Assembly: GCA_964557085.1 (NCBI GenBank)
Contig: CAZKYS010000001.1
Location: 1 to 62,303, forward strand
Length of the DNA: 62,303 bases
Direction of reading: 5' to 3'
Source: an uncultured Caulobacteraceae bacterium
GTDB lineage: Bacteria; Pseudomonadota; Alphaproteobacteria; Caulobacterales; Aquidulcibacteraceae
Shown: in pieces, positions 53,891-62,303 of the stretch
Layout of the letters: each line of letters begins with the position of its first letter
Numbering within the stretch: the stretch's first letter is position 1
Notes under the pieces: generated by a model
Databases searched by the model: none
What the model saw: only the letters and a program-made list of their open reading frames with translations
Told to the model about the DNA's origin: nothing
Made by a program: the position numbers and the translations under genes

Positions 53891-54868
53891 TTATCCGCCC
53901 GTTAGTGACATGGGCCGCTTTGGTACATAGCCGCCGCCAATAATAAAATCATGCGCTTTGGGTTTGTGATTCAATGCCTTGGCATAGATTGCGCTCAATT
54001 CACTGAAATCATTATTTAATAAGGCAGGCCGTAAATCATAAAAATCATCATGACCAAGGCACATATATAATTTCCCCGTACAGGTAATTCTTACGCGATT
54101 GCACGAAGCGCAAAAATTATGCGAAAGCGGGGTTATAAAGCCAATTCGACCGCCAGTTTCCATTATTCTATAATATTGCGATGGGCCGTTTGTTTTATAT
54201 TCATCACCAATAATTTGCCATTTATTTTCAAGGCTTTGGCGAACAATATTCATTGGAACATATTGATCTTCGCGGCCCAATATTTTTTCATCCATTGGCA
54301 TGGTTTCAATTAATGAAATGTCCGCGCCAATTGAATGGGCATATTCAATTAATTTTGGTAATTCATCAAAATTATCTTGCTTTAAAACCACACAATTAAT
54401 TTTAACGCGGATTTGGTTTTCAAAAGCTGCATCAATGCCATCCAAGACATTTGCTAAATCACCGCCGCGTGTAATTTCTTTATATTTTTGCGCATCCAAT
54501 GTATCAAGTGAAACATTAATTCGTTTTATACAAGCGCGCGACAAATCCTTTGCAAAATGGCGCAATAATGTTCCGTTAGTTGTAAGTGTAAGCGCGCTTA
54601 ATTTGCCATTTTCAACAAATAATCCAAGTTTTTGTATTAATTTTCCAACATCCTTGCGAACCAAAGGCTCCCCACCTGTAAGGCGCAGGTACTTTATGCC
54701 GTTTTGGGTTAAAAAATCTACTAGATTAATTATTTCCTCAAAACTCAAGATTTCAGAACGTGGCAAGAATTTTTGATTTTCTGACATACAATATTGGCAT
54801 CTTAAATCGCACCTATCAGTCAGGGATAGGCGGATATAATCAATTTTGCGGCCTAATATGTCATACAT
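53891..54868 (-). CDS. moaA: GTP 3',8-cyclase
   Basis: YIRLSLTDRCDLRCQYCM, RLTGGEP, FCASCNRVR...MCL, C-terminal GG. Confidence 0.96.
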   Translation of the reverse strand: MYDILGRKIDYIRLSLTDRCDLRCQYCMSENQKFLPRSEILSFEEIINLVDFLTQNGIKYLRLTGGEPLVRKDVGKLIQKLGLFVENGKLSALTLTTNGTLLRHFAKDLSRACIKRINVSLDTLDAQKYKEITRGGDLANVLDGIDAAFENQIRVKINCVVLKQDNFDELPKLIEYAHSIGADISLIETMPMDEKILGREDQYVPMNIVRQSLENKWQIIGDEYKTNGPSQYYRIMETGGRIGFITPLSHNFCASCNRVRITCTGKLYMCLGHDDFYDLRPALLNNDFSELSAIYAKALNHKPKAHDFIIGGGYVPKRPMSLTGG

Positions 54869-54904
54869 AATTCATTGTTACAAAGTTTGTTGGTTTAATC
54901 AAAC

Positions 54905-55675
54905 CTAAAATTTTTCAAGCCCATCATCACGAACAATGGCATATATATTAATATTGCTTTGCTTTGCCGCCCCAATCGCAAGACTTGATGGCGCGGAAAT
55001 TGCGCATAAATTTGCGCATTTAATTGAAGCGCATTTTTGCACCAAATCAATTGAAAGGCGCGATGTCATTAAAATTGCCCCATTTTTGGTATTAATATTT
55101 TTGGCCAATAAAGCGCCAATTAATTTATCAAGTGCATTATGGCGCCCAATATCTTCGCGCACCAAGATCACATCACCATTTTCATTCATAAAACCTGCGG
55201 CATGCGCGGCATTTGTGGCTTGGTTTATGCTTTGAAAGCCGCGCATTTTTGCCATTGCATCTATGATTATTTGCGGTTCAAAACTTTTTGCAGCCCCAAG
55301 TTTTTCAAGATTTGGCAATGCCGCATCCAAACTATCCACACCACAAAGGCCACAGCCAACAGGGCCAAGTTTTAAATTCCTTTGGCGCATGAAATTTGTG
55401 GCAACATCATTTTGTAAAGCAATTCTAAGCTCTATCCCCTTACTATGATTGATGATTTCAATTTTCTCGATTTCATTTCTATTTTTTATTATGCCTTCGC
55501 AAAAACTAAAACCGATCGCATAATCTTCTAAATCATTGGGGCTTGCCATCATTATGGCGTGGGTCATGCCATTATAGGTAATTGCGATTGCAATCTCACA
55601 CACAAGGTTTCGCTTTGAATCTTGCCAACCTTTTGAAACAATATATTTGCGATTTTCAAACTCTTTATAGGGCAT
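54905..55675 (-). CDS. fdhD: Formate dehydrogenase sulfurtransferase (FdhD/FdsC)
   Basis: GCGLCG, REDIGRHNALDKLIG, TSR, SAPSSLA. Confidence 0.94.
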   Translation of the reverse strand: MPYKEFENRKYIVSKGWQDSKRNLVCEIAIAITYNGMTHAIMMASPNDLEDYAIGFSFCEGIIKNRNEIEKIEIINHSKGIELRIALQNDVATNFMRQRNLKLGPVGCGLCGVDSLDAALPNLEKLGAAKSFEPQIIIDAMAKMRGFQSINQATNAAHAAGFMNENGDVILVREDIGRHNALDKLIGALLAKNINTKNGAILMTSRLSIDLVQKCASIKCANLCAISAPSSLAIGAAKQSNINIYAIVRDDGLEKF

Positions 55676-58503
55676 TATTTTGAATGGCCTATATGGCGAT
55701 TATCATGGGAAAATTTTGTGTAATTTTTTTGATATTCGGTCTCCCCATTGGTTTTGGAAACCTGAACCGCCGTCACCTTATATTCAGGGCAATTGGTGGC
55801 CCAATCGGAAAGTTCGGTGGTTATCACATTGGCCTGTGTATCGGGGTGGTGGAATGTTGTGTAAACCACGCCCGCCGATACCCTATCGGTTATTTTCGCG
55901 CGTAATGCTGTTTCACCCGAACGGCTTTGAAGTTTTACAAAATCACCGTCAATAATACCGCGAATTTCGGCATCAATTGGGTTTATTTCCAATAAATCTT
56001 CATCATGCCATTTTTGATTTGGGGTTCGGCGGGTTTGTGCACCAACATTATATTGCGTTAAAATCCGCCCAGTTGTAAGCAAAAGCGGGAATTTAGGGCC
56101 CGTTTTTTCCAAAGTTGGCACATATTCAGTTATAATAAATTTGCCCTTACCATTGGCGAATTTATCAATATGCATGATGGGTGAGCCTTCAGGGTGCGTA
56201 TCATCGCACGGCCATTGAACCGAACCCAATTGTTCAAGTTTTTCATAATTAACACCCGCAAAAGATGGGGTTAATTCGGAAATTTCATTCATAATTTCAC
56301 TTGGGTGATTATAATTCCAATTCATGCCAAGTACATTGGCAAGTTTTTGGGTGACTTCCCAATCGGCAAGGCCATTTTTGGGCTGCATTACTTTGCGCAC
56401 CCTTTGGATACGCCGTTCGGCATTGGTAAAAGTTCCATCTTTTTCCAAAAATGTGCAACCCGGTAGGAAAATATGCGCATAATTGGCGGTTTCATTCAAA
56501 AACAAATCTTGCACAATCACACATTCCATATTGGCAAGTGCCGCCGCAACATGATGTGTATTGGGGTCTGATTGAAGTATATCCTCACCTTGGCAATAAA
56601 GCGCCTTGAAATTGCCTGCCACCGCTTCATCAAGCATATTGGGTATTCTAAGCCCTGCTGTGTTTGATAATTTTGCGCCCCATTTTTCCTCAAACATGGC
56701 GCGAACCACATCATCACCAACAGGGCGATAGCCTGAAAATTCATGCGGAAAAGAACCCATATCGCATGAACCTTGAACATTATTTTGACCACGCAATGGA
56801 TTAACCCCAACACCCTTGCGCCCAATATTACCAGTTGCCATTGCAAGATTGGCAATTGCCATAACAGTCGTTGTGCCCTGCGAATGTTCAGTAACGCCTA
56901 GGCCGTAATATATTGCGCCATTGCCTGAGCCTGCATAAAGCCGTGCGGCGGCGCGAATATCTTCGGCAGCAACGCCGCAAAGTGGGGCGATGTTTTCGGG
57001 GCTATGGCGAGCGTCGGCTACAAATTGTGCCCATGCTTCATATTCATCAATGTCGCATTTTTGATTGATAAAATCCCTATCCACCAAATTTTCGGTAACT
57101 ATGACATGCGCAAGTGCCGTAACCATTGCAACATTGGTTCCAGGGCGCAATGGTAAATGGAAATCGGCCTTTATATGCGGGCTTTGCACCATATCAATGC
57201 GGCGCGGGTCGATGACTATTAATTTTGCCCCTTCCCTAATACGTTTTTTAAGGCGCGATGCAAAAACAGGGTGCCCATCAGTTGGATTTGCACCAATAAT
57301 TATTGCAACATCAACATGTTCAACACTATCAAAATCCTGTGTTCCTGCCGATGTGCCAAAGGTTTGTTTTAATCCATAACCCGTAGGCGAATGGCAAACC
57401 CTTGCGCATGTATCAACATTATTAATCCCAAAACCTGCGCGAATAAGTTTTTGCACCAAAAATGTTTCTTCATTTGTGCAGCGTGATGAAGTTATGCCGC
57501 CAATGGCCTTATTGCCATATTTATTTTCGATTTCACGCAATTTTTTGGCGCTATATTCAAAGGCATAATCCCAACTTACTTCTTGCCATTCATCGCCAAT
57601 TTTTTCGCGTATCATGGGTTTTAATATGCGGTCTTTGTGTTCGGCATAGCCGTATGCAAAGCGCCCCTTTACGCATGAATGGCCACGATTGGCCTTGCCA
57701 TCCTTATAGGGAACCATACGCACCAATTCATCGCCCCGCATTTGCGCTTCGAATGTGCAACCAACACCGCAATAGGCGCAAGTTGTGATTTTTGAATGTT
57801 CGGGCTGCCCAATTTCCACCACTGATTTTTCAATCAAAGTACCGGTTGGGCATGCATTAACGCACGCGCCACATGACACACATTCACTATCAAAAAAATC
57901 CTCATTAACACCCGCATTAATGTGTGATGCAAAGCCGCGACTATCAATTGAAAGGGCAAATGTGCCCTGCACTTCTTCACAGGCGCGAACGCAGCGCGCA
58001 CAAACAATGCATTTTGATGGATCAAAATCAAAATATGGGTTGGATATATCTTTGGCTTGCCCCAAATGATTATGGCCTTGTTCAAAGCGAACATCGCGCA
58101 AACCAACTGCGCCTGCCATATCTTGCAGCTCGCAATCACCATTTGCCGCGCATGTAAGGCAATCAAGTGGGTGGTCTGAAATATATAATTCCATCACCCC
58201 GCGCCGAAGTTTTTTTAATCTATCGGTTTGGGTTTTTATTTCCATTCCCGCCGTGATTGGCGTTGTGCATGATGACGGCGTTCCAGCGCGCCCTTCAATT
58301 TCAACCAAGCAAAGCCGGCACGAGCCATAGGGTTTTACAATATCGGTTGCGCATAATTTAGGAATATTTATACCAATTTCAGATGCTGCACGCAAAATTG
58401 ATGTGCCTTTGGGGGCGCTGGTTTTAAAACCATCAATGGTGAATTCAACCATTTCACCATCAATTTGCGGGGTTCCTTTGTCCTTTGTATTCATATTAGA
58501 CAT
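55675..58503 (-). CDS. fdsA: NAD-dependent formate dehydrogenase alpha subunit (Cys-ligated Mo/W-bisPGD)
   Basis: N-terminal Fe-S motifs (GSCRLC, HPLDCLTC, CIVCARC, CVSCGAC), CAYCGVGC, DTCARVCH, PLRGQNNVQG; ATG 58503 after GGAGGGGG. Confidence 0.94.
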   Translation of the reverse strand: MSNMNTKDKGTPQIDGEMVEFTIDGFKTSAPKGTSILRAASEIGINIPKLCATDIVKPYGSCRLCLVEIEGRAGTPSSCTTPITAGMEIKTQTDRLKKLRRGVMELYISDHPLDCLTCAANGDCELQDMAGAVGLRDVRFEQGHNHLGQAKDISNPYFDFDPSKCIVCARCVRACEEVQGTFALSIDSRGFASHINAGVNEDFFDSECVSCGACVNACPTGTLIEKSVVEIGQPEHSKITTCAYCGVGCTFEAQMRGDELVRMVPYKDGKANRGHSCVKGRFAYGYAEHKDRILKPMIREKIGDEWQEVSWDYAFEYSAKKLREIENKYGNKAIGGITSSRCTNEETFLVQKLIRAGFGINNVDTCARVCHSPTGYGLKQTFGTSAGTQDFDSVEHVDVAIIIGANPTDGHPVFASRLKKRIREGAKLIVIDPRRIDMVQSPHIKADFHLPLRPGTNVAMVTALAHVIVTENLVDRDFINQKCDIDEYEAWAQFVADARHSPENIAPLCGVAAEDIRAAARLYAGSGNGAIYYGLGVTEHSQGTTTVMAIANLAMATGNIGRKGVGVNPLRGQNNVQGSCDMGSFPHEFSGYRPVGDDVVRAMFEEKWGAKLSNTAGLRIPNMLDEAVAGNFKALYCQGEDILQSDPNTHHVAAALANMECVIVQDLFLNETANYAHIFLPGCTFLEKDGTFTNAERRIQRVRKVMQPKNGLADWEVTQKLANVLGMNWNYNHPSEIMNEISELTPSFAGVNYEKLEQLGSVQWPCDDTHPEGSPIMHIDKFANGKGKFIITEYVPTLEKTGPKFPLLLTTGRILTQYNVGAQTRRTPNQKWHDEDLLEINPIDAEIRGIIDGDFVKLQSRSGETALRAKITDRVSAGVVYTTFHHPDTQANVITTELSDWATNCPEYKVTAVQVSKTNGETEYQKNYTKFSHDNRHIGHSK

Positions 58504-59962
58504 TTTTCCCCCTCCACGCTTTAATCGCACTTTGAACTGGATATGGCGTGAAACCGCCCAAAGCGCACAACGAACCAAATTTCATAGTTTCGCATAAATC
58601 ATCGACCAATTCATATTGGTTTTCACCCGCAATAATCCTGTCCATAGTTTCAACGCCGCGCGTAGAGCCAATTCGGCATGGTGTGCATTTTCCGCATGAT
58701 TCATGGGCGCAAAATTCAAAGGCGAAACGCGCCATTTTTAGAAAATCAATTGTATCATCAAACACAACCAGTGAACCATGCCCCAAAATTCCGCCCGCCT
58801 GTGGCAAAATTTCATAATCAAAAATCAAATCAAGATTTTCGGCGGTAAAATAAGCGCCTAATGGGCCACCAATTTGCACCGCGCCAAATTCGCGCCCTGA
58901 TTTTATACCACCGCCAATATCATAAATTAATTCGCGTAATGACATTCCAAATGGCACTTCATAATAGCCGCCATTTTTGATATTGCCCGATAATTGAATT
59001 GGAATTGTGCCAAGGCTTTTGCCAGAACCAAACCCTGCATAATGACCACCGCCATTTAAAATTATTGGTGCAATTGCGGCAAAGGTAAGAACATTATTTA
59101 CCAATGTTGGTTTGCCAAAAAGCCCTTCAAGCGCTGGTATTGGCGGCTTGGCGCGCACCATGCCACGTTTACCTTCAATAGATTCCAAAAGCGCGGTTTC
59201 TTCACCGCATACATAAGCGCCCGCCCCAACAAAAACTTCAAGGTCAAAATTTTCAAGCAGGGTGCGTTGTTTCGCAATCTCTATTGCCGCCTTTAATATT
59301 TTGATTGCAATCGGATATTCGGAACGAACATAAATATAACCCTTTGACGCACCCAATGCGAAACCCGCGATTGCCATTGCCTCGATAAGGCCGAATGGGT
59401 CGCCTTCCATATAGGCGCGATCTGAAAAATTGCCGCTATCGCCTTCATCGGCATTGCAGATTATGTATTTTTGATTTGAAACGGCATCTTTAACAGTTTG
59501 CCATTTTATTGAAGCAGGAAAGCCCGCGCCGCCGCGCCCCCTAAGGCCAGAAGTTTTGATTTCATCAATGGTTTTTTGCGCACCAATTGCTTTAACTTTT
59601 CCAATTACTTTGCCGCCGCCAAGCGCTAAATATCCATCATAATCCAATGGGTCATTTAAACCGCATTTTGCGAACGAAAGACGATTTTGCGCTTTTAATA
59701 ATGGTAATTCATCAACAATTCCCATATATTTATGATGTGATTTTGCAAAATTATTTACAATTAAATCATCAATTTCATTGGTTGAAATTGGGCCAAAACC
59801 ATGACGCGCGCCATCAATTTCAACTTCAATCAAAACTTCCAAAAAATGAAGGCCGCGTGATGAATTGCGAATTATTTCATGCCCTACATGCGCGATTTTT
59901 TGAGCGATTAAATCAGCACCCAATGCAATTGAAATACTATCTTGGGGAATAAAAACTCTCAT
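58496..59962 (-). CDS. fdsB: Formate dehydrogenase beta subunit (NuoF-like)
   Basis: GLRGRGGAGFP, CNADEGD, GAGAYVCGEETAL, ESCGKCTPCRIG. Confidence 0.92.
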   Translation of the reverse strand: MRVFIPQDSISIALGADLIAQKIAHVGHEIIRNSSRGLHFLEVLIEVEIDGARHGFGPISTNEIDDLIVNNFAKSHHKYMGIVDELPLLKAQNRLSFAKCGLNDPLDYDGYLALGGGKVIGKVKAIGAQKTIDEIKTSGLRGRGGAGFPASIKWQTVKDAVSNQKYIICNADEGDSGNFSDRAYMEGDPFGLIEAMAIAGFALGASKGYIYVRSEYPIAIKILKAAIEIAKQRTLLENFDLEVFVGAGAYVCGEETALLESIEGKRGMVRAKPPIPALEGLFGKPTLVNNVLTFAAIAPIILNGGGHYAGFGSGKSLGTIPIQLSGNIKNGGYYEVPFGMSLRELIYDIGGGIKSGREFGAVQIGGPLGAYFTAENLDLIFDYEILPQAGGILGHGSLVVFDDTIDFLKMARFAFEFCAHESCGKCTPCRIGSTRGVETMDRIIAGENQYELVDDLCETMKFGSLCALGGFTPYPVQSAIKAWRGKNV

Positions 59963-60384
59963 TCATCACCCCCAAAACTTGCAATCAATTGGCCATCTTT
60001 CATTGCCGCAGGGCCACGCGAACAAAGGCCGAGGCAGAAGATTTTTTCAACCAAAACTCCATTCGAATTTTCACCCCATTCAAGGCCATTTTGGGATAAA
60101 TACTCATTTGCTTTATTTTCAACACCCTGCGCCTGACACGCTTCACCATTACAAATTTGGATATGGTGGTTGTTTTTTTTATTTTTAAAGTCGCTATAAA
60201 AACTAGCGACACCCCATACTTCTGCGCGTGATAGGTTTAGATGGGCTGCAATATTTCTTATATCTTCTTCGCAGATTTCACCATTTGAATGCATAATTTC
60301 ATGCAAAATTGGAAGCAGCGAACTTTGCAGCGCATCAAACTTTCCAAGTATGTCTTTGTTTTTTGTTATATTTTTGTTTTGCAT
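59959..60384 (-). CDS. fdsG: Formate dehydrogenase gamma subunit (NuoE-like)
   Basis: LLPILHEI, LNLSRAEVWGVASFY, CNGEAC, CLGLC; ATG 60384 preferred over 60414. Confidence 0.88.
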   Translation of the reverse strand: MQNKNITKNKDILGKFDALQSSLLPILHEIMHSNGEICEEDIRNIAAHLNLSRAEVWGVASFYSDFKNKKNNHHIQICNGEACQAQGVENKANEYLSQNGLEWGENSNGVLVEKIFCLGLCSRGPAAMKDGQLIASFGGDE

Positions 60385-60841
60385 TGCCTTCCCCGCACAA
60401 TCATTATTATGCATTCGTTTTAAATTGCAATTGTTTATTATTTAAATTATTTCAATAATATACGCTAAAATAAAATTTTAAATTCCATTTTTATAACCTA
60501 ATTTTGCAAAGACAAATTCATATAATTAATCAATATCAATCGAAAAAACTAATTTGCAATTATAAAAGCATATACACTCCCCAAAAACGTCAAATGACTC
60601 TTATGAGAATGATTTTGCCACCAAGTTAAGTAAAAAATAAACTTGCAAATTATTGGTATTTGCTATGCAATATTAGAATTTTCTTCCAAATAATTCGAAT
60701 AATATCACTAAAACCGCACCAAAAGAGCATAATTGACAATTTGTGAGTGCTTTTTATCGATTTTAGTTGCAAATGTAACTTTAATAAAATATGCCATATT
60801 AATCGCAAGAAAAATCAACAATAAAAATCTAGGGGGATATA

Positions 60842-62303
60842 ATGCGTAAATCTGGGAAAGCAAAAAGCCATCTTTTATTAGCAAGCGTTGCGGCAAGTGC
60901 AATATTGGCAATATCAACAAATTCATACGCCCAAGAAACAAAATCAAGCAATAGCGAGGAAGTGATTGTTACCGCGCGCCTTAGAAAAGAAAAACTACAA
61001 TCTGTTCCGCTTTCGATTGCGTCTTTTTCAGAAAAAGAATTAAAAAACACTGGCGCAAACAATGTCCAAGACGTGGCAAAAATGACGCCGGGTTTCACCT
61101 ATTCGCCATTATTTGGCGGTGCCGCCGCAACGCCTGTTATTCGCGGTCAATCAACAACAATCGGTGAGCCAAATGTTGGCTTCTTTATTGATGGGGTCTA
61201 TCAATCTTCAAGATTGGTTATGGATGCATCAATTGGTGATGATGTTGCCCGTGTTGAAGTGGTAAAAGGCCCGCAAAGCGCACTTTATGGGCGCAACACT
61301 TTTGGCGGCGCAATAAATATAATTTCAAAACCACCAAGTGGTGAATTTCAGGCACAAGCACGCCTTGATTATTCAAGTAATAATACAATTTCTGCCCATG
61401 CATCTGCAAGCGGCGCGGTAATTGCCGACAAATTATTCTATCGCATAGGTGCAGTTCATAATCAAAGCGACGGTTACTTTACCAATAGCCTTACAGGCGG
61501 CAATCTTGACACAAAAGGTTCTACAGTATTTTCTGGTATGCTTTACGCAACACCAAGTGATACTTTAAGCATGAAATTACGCCTTGCGAACGAAAAAACG
61601 CGTGATGGTGATTTGCCTTTAAAATATGCAACAAATAATTCATTCATATTCCCATTCTCTGGAACTTTGCCAACTGCGCAAATGTATACGGGTGAATTAA
61701 CAGGCTCGGAAAGTTTTAGTGTTACCCCCGGCCATAATGACCGTGATTACACAACTTTATCGGCAACAATTGATAAAAAATTCGATGGCGTAACGCTTAC
61801 TTCTATTACTGGCGTCGACAGGCTAACTTTTGACCAACAACAAGATAGTGATTTTAGGCCAGCAAAGATTGCGTATCAACATACACGTCAAAAATTAAGC
61901 GACTTTAGTCAAGAAATTCGGCTTTCTTCTAATAAAGAAAGCAATTTAAATTGGATTGTTGGCGCTTATTATTACGATTTAGAAACAACAACTGATGTTA
62001 ATAACCAATATGCTGCCGATGCCTTATCAATCATCAATACATATGGTGCAGCAGGTTTTGCCGCTTGGCGCTTCTTAACTGGTGGAAATTATGCTCATGT
62101 TGTTGAAACAACAAAAAGTAAGGCCGTTTTTGCATCTGTCGGTTATAAATTAAGCGATAAAGCACGCATTTCATTAGAAGGGCGTTATACAGATGAAACT
62201 AAAACCGCCGATTCAGTAGCACATGCAGGCATTTTAAATCCAACAGTTCCTGCTGCCACATTATTTAACGCAAGCCGTAATTTTAAAAACTTTGTTCCAC
62301 GTT
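60842..62303 (+). CDS. TonB-dependent receptor, runs off the right window edge
   Basis: Not in ORF track. ATG 60842 after AGGGGG; signal peptide, EEVIVTAR, plug FIDGVY...VEVVKGPQSALYGRNTFGGAIN. Confidence 0.93.
   Translation, partial: MRKSGKAKSHLLLASVAASAILAISTNSYAQETKSSNSEEVIVTARLRKEKLQSVPLSIASFSEKELKNTGANNVQDVAKMTPGFTYSPLFGGAAATPVIRGQSTTIGEPNVGFFIDGVYQSSRLVMDASIGDDVARVEVVKGPQSALYGRNTFGGAINIISKPPSGEFQAQARLDYSSNNTISAHASASGAVIADKLFYRIGAVHNQSDGYFTNSLTGGNLDTKGSTVFSGMLYATPSDTLSMKLRLANEKTRDGDLPLKYATNNSFIFPFSGTLPTAQMYTGELTGSESFSVTPGHNDRDYTTLSATIDKKFDGVTLTSITGVDRLTFDQQQDSDFRPAKIAYQHTRQKLSDFSQEIRLSSNKESNLNWIVGAYYYDLETTTDVNNQYAADALSIINTYGAAGFAAWRFLTGGNYAHVVETTKSKAVFASVGYKLSDKARISLEGRYTDETKTADSVAHAGILNPTVPAATLFNASRNFKNFVPR

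Noticed and set aside
60600-60620. TGAGAATGATTTT Fur-box-like string upstream of the last receptor
   Set aside because: Only a half match in very AT-rich DNA and ~230 bp from the start codon.
308-61409. Numerous 60-175 aa antisense or alternate-frame ORFs in the track
   Set aside because: All are nested in well-supported longer genes and show no recognisable motifs.

Overview
Chromosomal window from a low-GC alphaproteobacterium; gene content (pleC-pepN, coq7, TonB-dependent receptors, a LacI-controlled hexuronate locus) suggests a Caulobacterales-like organism (inference). Left to right: a 3'-truncated HerA/DUF87-type ATPase, PleC-like kinase, PepN, a small protein ending in a CheZ/FliM-like helix, an acyl-CoA synthetase, an unexplained two-gene module behind tRNA-Leu(CAA) (secreted protein with three identical WRPPPIPPLK cores plus a lipoprotein) next to a hairpin-dense GC-rich element, dsbB-coq7-GDT1, two hydrolases, an MCP, a glycogen cluster (glgX-malQ fusion interrupted by a one-base shift at an A8 run, then glgPBCA), an RND pump, a ~19.5 kb pectin/galacturonate locus with six copies of a TGACACCGGTGTCA-type operator, an NAD-linked formate dehydrogenase operon with moaA, and a 3'-truncated TonB-dependent receptor. 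Best leads: a 102-bp TA-flanked MITE-like element inserted in frame inside a Tat signal peptide, the multi-core proline-rich secreted peptide module, and the glgX-malQ frameshift. No CRISPR array, integrase or transposase seen. All calls come from reading motifs by eye; no searches were run.
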